DNA from: Microthyrium microscopicum
Lineage: Eukaryota
Length of the DNA: 64,000 bases
Reading direction: 5' to 3'
Assembly: GCA_010405405.1 (NCBI GenBank)
Contig: MU004242.1
Span: 655,751-719,750 of the forward strand
How positions within the stretch are numbered: position 1 is the first letter of the stretch; each line of letters opens with the position of its first letter. This document shows positions 26,137-38,160 of the stretch, piece after piece. The translations under genes were made by a program, and so were the position numbers. Under the pieces are notes generated by a model. The model saw only the letters and a program-made list of their open reading frames with translations, was not told the origin of the DNA and did no database searches.

Positions 26137-27346
26137 ATGGCCGGGGACGTGGTCAATTTGCACTCTGGTGTTCTTTGTTTTTTTGTGCATGATACCTCTT
26201 TGTTGGAAGGCGTTGGTTTAGCAGCTAGACACGCTGATTATCTAATTTCAGAGATATATATTTTACTACCTACTTATGGCAACATGAAGTATGCATGTTG
26301 ATTTATGATCTCGATGCACTGCCGCCTCGAAATTGAAACTTAAGACCTGCGTTTTGACCATACGCCGAGTCTTCAGTTGGTGACTGACACAAAAAGAAGC
26401 CACGGTATTATCACTCTATGAAATAGAATCTCGCCTGTCCATCTCGATGGTCTACATGGTGTTGATCTTGTTGTTGATCTTTTTGATAAGAAGCTGGGGA
26501 AGGTGCAGTCCGTGCCCCTATCGCAGCTTCCAACTTCCCTGTACTCCCGGAGCTTTTTTTTTTGATCCTCCTCACACTTCACCAACTCTCCTGTTTGTTC
26601 CTTGATGGATTGTTCATTGTTCGTTGTTCACTGAAGATTGATTGTTCATTGCTGTCCCCGGTACCCGGCTTCTATTGTTTCGTTGCCTCATCGCTTGGTT
26701 GCCAGCAAGCGATTTGTACGGCCTCAAAATTTCTGGAGCCGCAGTTTGTCATCTTTGGTTTGAGCCAGATGTAAATCTACCAAATCTATTGCTTTAACGG
26801 CGTGTCAGTATATTTCCCGACCATATCTCTGGGCACTTTCTCATCACATTTCTAGTGGTTCCTTCCTTTGGGCTTCTGTTACATCTGGTAGAGATTGCTC
26901 TGATCTCAGAAGTGTCATCTTGAATAGTCTCTCAGATCCTCTATTGACAACTTCTATTGTCACCATTGTCGACCTTTTTGATTATTCGAATCCTCATCCA
27001 CCAACGTCCGCCATTGATCATCGCATTTATTTTATTGAACGCAAACATTACTCTATCCATTCTAACATTCATTTCTCCAATGACTTTCATTCACGATCTG
27101 CTGTATTGTCTCGCTCCCCACGCATTATTGGACATCTAGGAACTGCCCACACATAAATATCAAGTCGAGGACACTGAGCCGTTGGATTTAAAGTCTACTA
27201 GAGACATGTACGCAAGTGAGTAACCACTTTCTGCTTGTCATTACGCTTCGTCTGTCTTTGTCAATTCTATCCTACACAAAGTTTTCCAACCCATATACTG
27301 TCTCTCCTTGTACTTCATCTGCTTGCGATATATCCGCTTGCCCAAC

Positions 27347-29381
27347 ATGTGCTTCTTTCGCTTTCGCGATTCTGCTCCTCCCTCTATGGGAGCTCCTCCG
27401 ACTCCTCCTCGCGATCAATCTGTCAAGAAACGCACTTACTCAAGCTTTGTAGCGGGCGATCTAGTCGTTGGCCGTCATGACCCGAAAGCAGAACGAGATT
27501 CCCCTAGACGTCCTACTCCAGTAGTGTTCCCTGATCCAGCACATATTCCAGAGTTCGAACCAGTGACCTGGACAAACGAAAACAAACCAAACTTCTACGA
27601 TCTTCGCATGAAATGGAACCACCCTGCAGGCATAAGATCATTGGAACCCAAGATCTTTGAGGAACTCAACATCACTCTAGAGCCAGCTTGCGATGTACCC
27701 GATTTCTTACATTCAAACGATGCTCTGAAATTATGCATGCCTCCACTGCAATGGGCCATGACAGCACCGACAGCAGAGCAAAGAAAGGAAGTTTGCGATC
27801 CAATTCTGAGCCGTCCAATTCCCGGTGGACCTGTCCGACAAAGAAAATTGCCTAATGGGCGTGGCTGGCCCACTCGAGGCGATTTCTGGGATAGACTTCA
27901 ACAGCTGAACTATCCGAATGTTGATGGATTTCGCGCATTCGCTCGTATTCCGAACGCAGCGGGTGATCCACCACCTCGACTCACTCATGCTCGTCCATTC
28001 TACGAACATTTGGATTCCATGGTGCAATACTGGGATACTTCTCTTGACGAGTATTTGAAGCCCACAACGCCCCCGCCAGAAGCTAAGACCGACGAAGAGA
28101 AAGAGGCTGGCCAGAAAGCCGATGGTAACGCAGAACACAAGGACGGTGATGGAGGAAACGAGAATGAGCCTCGGAAGCGCACCAAGTTGTCACCAAAGAG
28201 ATTATCGAAAGCTGAATATGACCCAGCAGCATCAAATGTAATAATACCGTCCCAAGGTCTTCCAATTTCCGCTAAACCTCAGAACATCGCACCTTCAACT
28301 CGTCGCCAACAAGCTCGCGCACCAGACACCCCAGCAGGAAAATATCGTGGATGGCGCATCGACTGCGGTGCTCGCATGCCTAACAATACCCGCGATCACA
28401 TCACCAAAGCCATCCTCGAAGTCGCCCTCTGGCCATTCGGCTACCAAGTAGATGCCATCGATCGTGCCCCAGCCCGCCTCGCTCTTCAAAACTGTCGCAT
28501 CCCCGTCCCCATCTCCCGTCAAGTCTGGCGTCCTTCCACCGACAGACTCGAAGCGCGCGGCGGGATCGTCTACGGACCAGCAATGGCGACAAGTGTCCGC
28601 GCAGTAACCTGCTTTGACCAGCGCGTTGGCGCAGAAGAGGTGGACTTGCTGAGAGAAGTCGGTGCCCTCTTGTGTCTAGCGCAGGAACGATATCGCCAAG
28701 GTCGCACAGAAGTAATTGCCGGCGAGGGCAAATGGTGGTATAAGAAGCCACGATTTGGCGGCCTGCCGTATCAAGTGCCAGGCGAGTATGTTTTTCTTCC
28801 AGCAGATCCTCGCGGATACCAGATCCATGACAGCTCGGTTGAGGAAGCACAAGTGAGCGCCAACGTCATCCAGGAACGACGTGTCCTTGGCTACACGGCT
28901 CGCAAGGAGAAGGAGAAGGCGCGACATCGTGAGGAGTTGCCGGGTGATATGAACGCTAAACAGCGCGCAATTTACTCGTACAAGAAGTTCAGTCCTGCAT
29001 CGCCGACTTGGGACGCCAAAGTCAAGTATACCGCCATTGGTAAGGAGAAGGAGTCTGACTGGGACGATGTAAGTGCAAATCACTCCCATTAATTAACACC
29101 CGCCCTTTTCACCCGTCACAAACTGACCATACCCCCAGGTCTTCCTCGTATCCGCCCTTAACCACCACATCTCCATCCTCAAACTCCACGTGCACAAAGC
29201 ATACGTCCACTTTGTAGAGACCGGAGAAATGCCAACGTCGACAGTGCCCGCGGACTGGTGTCAGCCAATCGTACAGCGCACTCAATGGCTAGATCTTATC
29301 AAGCCTGAAGAGCGCTCCAAGGCTTTCTATGCTCTCTGGTCTATTGGTGGCTATTTGACGCGGCCTGGTGCAATCGTTTAG
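27347..29381 (+). CDS. Fungal hypothetical protein
   Basis: Long ORF (YWDTSLDEY, YRGWRI, DLLREVGALL, WWYKKPRFGG), intron 29069-29138, then DVFLVSALNHHISIL...RTQWLDL; start uncertain (27347 or 27386). Confidence 0.8.
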
Positions 29382-30074
29382 ACCAGGTCTGGCCTTAATT
29401 TTATGCTTGTTTTCTGGATCAGCTATTTCACTGTATTGCATATGAGGCGTTCTGGGTTAGACAGCGCATGGGATTACACTCCGCAGATAGCGAATTTATT
29501 CTTCATATAGATTGTTGAGTGCCGACCATTACACAGATGGATGGCATTGTTGCACTGATGGGACTTATCATTTTGGTATCGTTTACAATCTAGTCACGAT
29601 CACCGATACCATCGCAGAGACTTTACCGACGTCAAGAAATATCATTCCCAGTCCCAAAGGACTCAATCCCAAGATCAGCTAGACTTCTCTTGTACGGTTC
29701 AAGCTAGCTACCTAAGGGCACCAAAGGAAAGTCCCCGCGCAAGCGTCCAGTCCAAACATATACCATACCGATCCGTCTAAAGGAAAACAAGGAGTAGAGC
29801 CCACTTGGAGATGTTGAAAGTTCTCCCAACGCCGACGCTGTATGAAGATCACCGCCTTATTTTTATGTAGCCGTGAGGTCCACAAAAAGCGCGATCTAAA
29901 GTTATTCAATGTTGAATCATTGATGAAAAAGTAACGGTTTTTCCGTTCTTTTGGGGTATCGTTGAGGTAATTTTAACATTATCGAAATTGATGATGTTTG
30001 TGAAAAAATGAGGTTGAAAGTTTTCATGAGCAACATTGCAAAGCAGATGCGAAACTGGTTAAAGTATAGCGTTT

Positions 30075-31729
30075 CTATAGCTTGAGGGTCTTTGGCTTCT
30101 CCCATGAGAAGTTCTGGTTAGTGAAATGACCGTTCTTGGCTGTTTGGAAGTAGATCGGCTTGGCCAAATCAAGCTCTTGAACGATAACACCTGGTCGCAT
30201 GTCAAAGTTCTTCTTGATGATTTCGACGAGCTCGTCGGAGGACTTGTCGCTGGTGCCATATGTATCGACATAGAGGGAAAGTGGCTCGGCGACACCAATG
30301 GCGTAGGAGAGTTGAACCAATGCACGGCGGGCAAGTTTGGCGTGGACGAGGGATTTGGCGATCCAGCGGGCGAGGTAGGCGGCTGATCGATCAACTTTGC
30401 TGTAATCTTTGCCGGAGAAGGCTCCACCACCGTGAGCACCCCAGCCGCCATAGGTATCGACTATGATCTTGCGGCCTGTGAGACCGGCGTCACCTTGTGG
30501 ACCACCAATGATGAAAAGACCGGAAGGTTGGATCTAGCCAAACCATATTAGCAGTGAGCCCAGGTAGAGGAGATTTGTGAACATACATGGTAGACGGTCT
30601 TGTCGCTCAACATGTTGGCTGGGATATTCTTCTTGATAATCTTTTCCAAGATCTCTTTGCGGAGTTCTTCAGTTGTAATGTCCTCACTGTGTTGAGCAGA
30701 GATGACGACTGTGTTCACTGTCTTTGGAACGACCGCACCGTTATCATGCTGGGGCCTGTTAGTTAAGCCGATTGAGCGCGGCAAACAGAAATACCTCATA
30801 TTCTATTGTGACTTGAGTCTTGGTGTCTGGTCGCAACCAGGGGAGTGAGCCGTCGCGTCGTGCGGCAGACATGGCAGCGTTGAGCTTGTGTGCGTAGATG
30901 ACGGTCAATGGGAGTAATTCTGGGGTTTCATCGGTAGCATAACCGAACATGATACCTTGGTCACCGGCGCCAAGGTCCTCGAGAGCCTTCTCGTAATGTA
31001 GACCTACATCCCGTTAGAGTTCAGTTATTGATACAGCAATTGGACAATTGTACCTTGAGCAATATCTGGGGATTGTTGCTCGATGGCAACTAGAACGTTG
31101 CAAGTCTTGTAATCAAAACCCTTGTCGGAGCTGTCATAACCAATGTCCTTGATGGCATCACGGATGACTTTTTGATAATCCAGGCGGGCCTTGGTTGTGA
31201 TTTCGCCAAAGACCTACGAATGTCAGCCGGGGAATAGAAGGATTGTGAACCAAATGTAGGACAATCCATTGAGGACATTATGATTGATTTACATCGTCCA
31301 TCGTTTGGCAGTGAGACTCACCATAATCATACCGGTCTTGGTGGCAGTTTCGCAAGCGACCTTGGAGAGAGGGTCCTAAAGAGTGTCAGTCAGGAAAATC
31401 GCCAATAGCTAGACCAAGACATGGCATGCTCCCATCAACGTTGTTGGCCACCATTGCACTTCATAAAGAGAGTGCACTTTCTTTCCCGTTTTGCCTAATT
31501 GACCGTCCCTCGGTTCACGCATTCGTGGTAAAGAAAGTCACTCATATACTGGATGGTGGCCAACAAAGCAGTTGAGAGCATCTCAAGTCCTTTGTCCAAT
31601 TGTTTAGGTATAACATACCTCTGCGAGGCAAGCATCGAGAATGGCATCAGAGACTTGGTCGGCAATTTTATCTGGGTGGCCTTCACCGACAGACTCGGAT
31701 GTGAAGAGGAAAGTACCGGTAGCAGGCAT
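30075..31729 (-). CDS. SAM2: S-adenosylmethionine synthetase
   Basis: [68 protein letters not shown]; five introns, the first at 31618-31376. Confidence 0.98.
31426..31581 (-). other. Long nested inverted repeat (predicted RNA hairpin) in SAM synthetase intron 1
   Basis: Perfect 14-bp arms 31441-31454/31553-31566 with further nested stems inside and outside. Confidence 0.7.
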
Positions 31730-32659
31730 TTTGGGCGACTGTGGAGGGAATTGAGGGGTATGTTCGGGTGATGGGAGGATTGGAGGGTGAGAGGAGGATT
31801 TGGTATGGTATGCGGTAGGTGGTAGGGTGTATAGAGAGGGAGAAAAGGTGGTGTATGCGGTATGTTTAGGGAATTGTTGGAGATTTTAAGTGATGTGAAA
31901 GAAATGAGACGATTTCCGTGTTTGGTGGGGAATATCTGGGATGTGAGAGAAAAGGTACCATTGCGACATCGGGCTACTTTTTCGCGACAATGCCCTTTCT
32001 TTCTGTTTTTTCTTGACTTTCTACGTAAGAAACTCTATAATTTCAACAATTCCAAGACTTTTACTCAAGTTGACGCCATCTTTATCAAAATATAGCTCTT
32101 CGTACTGATATCGATACTGTCTTTGGCTCCAACCCTTGTCAACCTATCATTATTACGCTTGGAGAGTAGTTGCTTCAAGATTGGTCTTATAGTGTTCAAT
32201 GACAGAGCATAGAGCGTTGGAGATACCAATCGAATTGTTTCCCTGAATTAGTAGGGCACATATGAAGAAGACACGATACAAGTCACAGGCAGCCAAACTG
32301 CGGGTTTGAAAGCATTTAGGGATTGAAACCATCATGTCTCCTGGTAAACTTGACTAGGCCACGTTGCTTGATCCAATCTTATGCCCATCATTCACCGCAA
32401 AGTCACATAGAAACCAGAAAACTCCTCTTTGTAGTTGAGATTGGCGCAACTGAAAGCCATCATATGCGTTAATAAAGATTTCTAGATAAACCAATGTTGC
32501 GTGAAAACCATCCATCATACGCCAAACTCGAGTTGAGATGGGAATCATTATAAAAATATCGTTCATGTTTTCGTACATCATACACAAATGAAAAGACAAT
32601 GGCTAGACAGGGAAATATGCAGAACGTTTTTCCTCTTCACACCACGAACCAAGCCTGAA

Positions 32660-34453
32660 TCAAATGCTGACTTCACCCCATACACCAACTCCACCAGCAG
32701 GTCCACTGCCAACACTACCGCCAATATCCCAGTAGTTGCGACTGCTATGCTTGCTCTTCTTCGTGCTCTGTGAAGCACAGCTAGACGATGCTGTGCGAGT
32801 GGCCTTGCGTGCTATGCCAGCGTGATGAGGCGTCAGCGGTCTGTGTTCGCGGCGGCGGGATCCGGATGCTAGTGGGTGGTGTTGGCGGATGATGGCTGCG
32901 CGCTGAGCAGTAGATGTAGTTGAGGGTCGGCGGTTGAAGCCATGCGATGTAGAGCTCCTGGCCTGTGTTGAGGTCGCCAGTAGGCTAGTCAATGTGTTTG
33001 TGGGCTCGGAAGACTCTGGGATGGTCGCGTTTGAATAGAAGCGGGACTTGAGGAAGTTGAAGACCATGCGCACATCCAAGTCTTTCTCCCAATATTCCTG
33101 CTCAATGAGGTTCTCGGCGCCATTGCCTCCAAGAGCGTCCGGTGCGTTCTCCTCTTCTATTCCCCAGAGCGATGGGTCGGCATTGGCAGCCACGTCTCGT
33201 TGAACTGAGGGTGGAAAGGGAAGTGAGGATCGAATATGCGCGGGAAAGGGAGCAACGTCAGGTGTGGTATCATCTGCAAGACTCGAAGTGTTGGATAGGC
33301 CGGCGTAGAGAGGAATTTCCTGGGTGCGAAGATAAGTGCTAAAAGCTCCTGGATGCTCCGATAATTGGTGGACGAGAATTCCAAGTTCTCGCGCCAGTCT
33401 CTCGAGAAGCCGCTCTTGCCATGAATGCGCTACATTTCGTGATTCTTTTTCTTCATCCACAGCTCTGATGATATCTCGTTCAGGAAGTGACGATATCGAG
33501 TCTGACATATCTTGCTGTTCTTCCGCGAGACTTTCGCCTAGTATGACGGAGAGTAGATCTTCATCGATGCCGATGAGATCACGGATGACTCTTCGAGTAA
33601 ATCTCTTCCAGAAAGATTCGCTTTCAGGTGGTCCATGTTCGGCCATAGCTGGATTCTTGACGGCAGCTTCTTGAATCGTAGAATGCACACTTTCTGAAAA
33701 GTCCGTCTCCGACTTTGTTTGCATGTTGATTGTACTGGGGCCAACCGATCTCGTTGCGGATGCTCGGCTCATCTTTCTCATCCTACGCGTTTCACGCTCG
33801 ATTTCTTCCAACAAGGCACGACTTTGCTCCAGCCTCCAGTGCTCAATGCGCCTGATCCGGTCCTCCTCGACTGTTTGCTCTTCGACTTCCTCTAAAGCAT
33901 CTAATGTTCTCTGTACACTAGATCTCCGCTTATGCTTCCGGCGGGCTCCATATCGCTCAAACTGACGAAGGTGATCTTGAATTGCCGAGCCCTCACCAAA
34001 GGTTCCGAGGCCATCGTGGGTGGGTAGGACAGTCTCGTTACTCTTTATCATCCTTGCGCGAGGGCTCCCTAGATCTGATGGCTCATGAAAAGCATGTAGA
34101 CCATCGTCGAGACTGTCCAGGTCGGCATCCTCGTCTTGATCAGATGCATGTTCTGTTATGTTATCGCTGATATCATCGATTGTAGCAACCTGATCAGATC
34201 GTGCAGCACCAGTGTCTAGTGAACCAAAGTCACTAAGGCGGGAAAGACCTGCTGTTCGGGCGGTTCTATCGGTCGATGTGGTTTCGGTTTGTGTGACGGA
34301 GGGTGCGGTAGGAGAGAATAAGACCCATTCTTCTTGTGAGTCTTCGAGTGTACGTTTGCGTTGTTGTGACGCATTCGATTGTGTTTCAACGGCAGGAGCA
34401 GGGAATGATGGCTGTCGAGTAGTTTGGATACGTTGTTGGGCTCGAAATGCCAT
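32660..34453 (-). CDS. Fungal hypothetical protein
   Basis: About 597 aa from ATG 34453; blocks WVLFSP, DSLDDGLHAF, LPTHDGLGTF, RRVIRDLIGIDEDLLS, EHPGAFSTY, YWEKDLDVRMVF, NYWDIGGS. Confidence 0.85.
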   Translation of the reverse strand: MAFRAQQRIQTTRQPSFPAPAVETQSNASQQRKRTLEDSQEEWVLFSPTAPSVTQTETTSTDRTARTAGLSRLSDFGSLDTGAARSDQVATIDDISDNITEHASDQDEDADLDSLDDGLHAFHEPSDLGSPRARMIKSNETVLPTHDGLGTFGEGSAIQDHLRQFERYGARRKHKRRSSVQRTLDALEEVEEQTVEEDRIRRIEHWRLEQSRALLEEIERETRRMRKMSRASATRSVGPSTINMQTKSETDFSESVHSTIQEAAVKNPAMAEHGPPESESFWKRFTRRVIRDLIGIDEDLLSVILGESLAEEQQDMSDSISSLPERDIIRAVDEEKESRNVAHSWQERLLERLARELGILVHQLSEHPGAFSTYLRTQEIPLYAGLSNTSSLADDTTPDVAPFPAHIRSSLPFPPSVQRDVAANADPSLWGIEEENAPDALGGNGAENLIEQEYWEKDLDVRMVFNFLKSRFYSNATIPESSEPTNTLTSLLATSTQARSSTSHGFNRRPSTTSTAQRAAIIRQHHPLASGSRRREHRPLTPHHAGIARKATRTASSSCASQSTKKSKHSSRNYWDIGGSVGSGPAGGVGVWGEVSI

Positions 34454-34930
34454 TATGCAATGGCTCGCGGGGTAAGTTGAGGTGCGGTACGTTGTTGGTG
34501 GCAGTGAGAGGCAAACAGAGGGAACCACACGTCTATGAGGTGGATGGAGTGTTTGTTGAATGTCGAGGGCTCAGGATGATGAGCAAGGAGCGAGGAACAG
34601 GGATTGAATGTCAAGGATGGGGCAAGGTTGAGAGCTGGATCGAGGCCGCTGTACAGCGCCAGATTTGAGCGAGTGGATGGCGAATCGGGCGCAATTACAA
34701 GAGGGTTATCTTGAGCTTCGGCGTGGCTTCTGGCCGTAGCAGTCGGGCGAGATTGGAGAGCTTGGGAATTGTCGGAAGGACAAGAAGGAAGGTGGATGCG
34801 TGTGCTTGGATGACGATGGCTCAGAGAGATGATCAACGTGAATGTACAGGGCGGCCAAGTATAGCTCAACGGGGCTGGCACGGAGCAGGCTGCTGCGGCT
34901 TGTTGTTGTTCGTGTGGTGATAAAAGGGTA

Positions 34931-34959
34931 CCGTAAGAAAACGGCAAGTTGAGCAAGGT
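34931..34959 (+). repeat. Left terminal inverted repeat
   Basis: CCGTAAGAAAACGGCAAGTTGAGCAAGGT. Confidence 0.95.
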
Positions 34960-35699
34960 GAGTTGTGGAGGAAGAGGGCGTTTAATGGCGTTTTTAGCGT
35001 GGTTTCTGTAGAAATGCCCCTAGTAGTAAATTACTATTAATCTATTTTTATAACCACGAACCCTATAATCCTGTTTAACTTTACATTATCTTAAATAAGG
35101 AATTCTAACACTAAAATAGGCATATTTAAAGCTTAAGATATTAAGAACTAGATAATATAGAATTATATATAGGTATATAAATTAAAGCGCTCTTTTTAAT
35201 ATTAATATTGCCTAGTTATTATTAATAATTTTCCTAACTCTACTAGATTTACTATAGGTTAAGAATATTACCTAATTTAACACTAAACGACTAATATTAT
35301 AAGTCTTATTACTAATAAAATATTACTATTAAATATCCTATCTTAATATTTTAGGTAGGTTCTAGAATAAGATTATAGGCTTATTTAGGAAGCTATTAAT
35401 ACTAGTCTTTAAGTATCTATTCTAGTAACTTAAAAGTATCTTGCTATATAAAATAGGTAGGATTTAACTCTTTAAGTCTACCGTAGGATTTAATTTAGGG
35501 AAAGGTATTAGACAGTAGTATTAGATACTAATTCTAAAGGTAAAAAGGTTATAGAATCAGAAGAATAGGCTAAGGTAGAATAAATAGCAGAGATATTTCT
35601 AGCAAGATAAGTATAAGTAAATTTTGTAGTAGATCGTCTATTATTACTATAAAGGACGTTGTAAATCTATTATCTTTATCTAAATTAATATTAGTAGCA

Positions 35700-36950
35700 T
35701 TATCTTTAATATCTTTAATATCTTTAATATCTCTAGTATCTTTAGTGTCTTTAATATTAACTTTAGTTATATTAATCTTATCTTTATTGCAATATTCTAT
35801 ACTATTATCGTTAATAATATTAGATACGTATGCTTTAGGGTTATTATCCTTCTCTTACCTATCGTCCTCTTTAGCAGCAGTAGCTTTAATAGATTTTAGC
35901 TTTATTAAACGCTAGTTTAAAAGGTCTAGTAGTACTAGTAAATTTTTAATACTAATATCGTGCTTCTTCTTTATAACGATAGTATTTAATTAATTATTTA
36001 ATCTTATAGTTATAAAGGAGTACTTAATAACTTTAGCGTTATAAGTATATATTTAAGTCTATACCTATTTTATAATATACGTTATAAATACGCAGTATTA
36101 AGATATTGTCTATTTAAGAGGCTTTATAGATTTTATATTAAGGAAGTCTTTAAAGCGTTTTTATTAGTAGAATGTAGGGGCCTATATATCTTATAGTTCT
36201 TTAACTATTTATTTAAAGGGCTTATTTACGCTAACGTTAAGTAGTTAGATTTTAGATATATAATTAGGAGGAATAATAGTAATAATAATATTATTATCTT
36301 TATAGATTTACTTAATAAAGTTTATTTTATAAGTAGAGAAAGCGTCTATAATAAGAATAAAAGGGTTAGAAATAGGTATTATAGATATAGTAGATATTAA
36401 AGAGGTATAAGATATTAAAGATATTATAGTAAGGCTAGAATTTAGTAGAGATATTATTAAATTAAGCTCTAGATCTTATAGTTAGTATTAAAATATTTCT
36501 ATTTTAGGAAGGTATAAGAGAAGAATTACTTAAGATAGAAGGCTACAAAATATCTTTAGAGCTATTAGGATCGTTAAGATTTTTAGAATACCCTTTTAGG
36601 GCTATATTTATTTCTTTTAAATATATCTCTTTTAACTATTATTATATTAATTTATTATTATTCTACGTTATCTTATTATACTTTATAAAAACGCTATTAT
36701 AGTAGTATAGACCTTTTTTCTTATTAATATAACCCTTTTTCTCGTTCTTAGTTTTATAGAATATAATTAGTAATAGAATTTAAAGGATGCTATTAGTAGT
36801 AATTATTAGAATTATTATTATTTAATATTTCTTATCTCTATCTTTATGAGTATAAATAGTAATAGTCTTAGAGCCTATATTTGCTAAAGTATAACTACTA
36901 AAGTTATAAAAAGGTATTAGTATTTTGTCTATATTAATTATTTAATAGGG
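35700..36950 (-). pseudogene. Transposase DDE-domain relic and acidic tail
   Basis: Reads INIDKILIPF (Asp codon 36929-36927), ILIIDAFSTYK (36346-36344) and IPPNYISKI*LLNVSVNKPFK. Reversing C>T/G>A changes gives NMDETP, MDAFSAH and IPPGCTSKIQPLDVSVNKPFK, with 35 residues between the second and third Asp positions. Confidence 0.85.
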
Positions 36951-38131
36951 CTATATTATTATATCTAGTTCCTAGTCTAAGATACTATTAATATTTCTTC
37001 TTTTACTACTAGTAGGTTTAATAGCTTTATAAGTAATAAGCCTTATATAAGTAATAAAGTCCTAGTATATATCTACCTATAATTTTAGTAACTATTAAGT
37101 AAGATAAGTAGCCTTCTTTTAACTAATTCTTTAGTATAATAGGAATCTTTAAAGTTAGCCTTTTATTAATTTATAATCTTTTAGAAACTTATTATAAGCA
37201 ATTTTAGTAGTATAAATATATCACTATATATTATTTATATACTAAAGTAATTAATAAGTACTAATAGACTTCTTTTCTTTTCTTTACTTATAATATTAGA
37301 TATAAATTATATCTTTAAGCTTTAGATAATCCTTAAGGCGCTTTAGAGGGTTAATAATACGATAAAATTAATTCTTAGTAATCTATAAAGCTACTTGCTA
37401 ATTTTATTATCTTAATACTATTAAATAAGATTCCTTAAAGTATTCTATAGTATTACTAGCTTTAGTAGAACGCCACTAGTAATAAGTATTAAGACATTTA
37501 CTTTACTTTATATCTTTAGATAGTATATACTATTATTTATCTCTCTTAAGTAGAATACGTTATTATATTATCTACTTTACTATCTCTAGTTAGCGTTTTA
37601 TAGAAGAATAATTTTAAGACTTTATTTTAGCTTATTTAGTATACTATTTTCTTAATAAAAGCGATTTATACTTTTTAGTATATAATTTAGCCCTAAAAGG
37701 TTAACTAAAGGTTAATCCTATAATATTTAGGTCTAATTTAGTAAAAGGCTAATAATTTTAGCATACTTCCTTTAGCGCCTTTAGTATAGTAATAGTTAAA
37801 TTCTTAGTATTTAATTAGTTTAGAGTTAAAAGAATTAGATTTTAAGGATATTAATTAGTATAAAGAATAACATAGAATTCTACTATAAAATCTATATATA
37901 AATATTCCTTTATAACTTTAGCCTAATTATAAAATCTACCCCTACTATTAAAACAATAACATCCTACTTAAAGGAGTTTAAATCAGCTTTAAAAACAACA
38001 AAATGGCTTACTTAGTAATAATATCTAGATACTAAAGGGGCGTTAAAAACGGATACTACCTATTTTACTAGCCCTATATTTTCGACGCCCCTTACAACGC
38101 CACCTAAAATCGCAGGGCTCGAATAGCCTTT

Positions 38132-38160
38132 ACCTTGCTCAACTTACCGTTTTCTTACGG
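38132..38160 (-). repeat. Right terminal inverted repeat
   Basis: Reverse complement CCGTAAGAAAACGGTAAGTTGAGCAAGGT; differs from the left TIR by one CA>TA change. Confidence 0.95.

Larger units (their letters stand above)
34931..38160 (-). mobile_element. RIP-inactivated Tc1/mariner-superfamily DNA transposon (pogo-like, DD35D), 3,230 bp
   Basis: 29-bp TIRs with one mismatch; TA duplication at 34929-34930 and 38161-38162; interior is very AT- and TpA-rich and CpA/TpG-poor; transposase relic on the minus strand. Confidence 0.93.

Noticed and set aside
31730..31961. Possible extra upstream exon (ATG, intron GTACCT...CAG) adding MSPK to SAM synthetase
   Set aside because: The frame fits but donor and branch point are weak; unresolved without cDNA.
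32070..32079. TTGACGCCAT, a 9 of 10 match to the CYS3/MetR consensus upstream of SAM synthetase
   Set aside because: A single imperfect site; plausible but not distinguishable from chance without conservation data.
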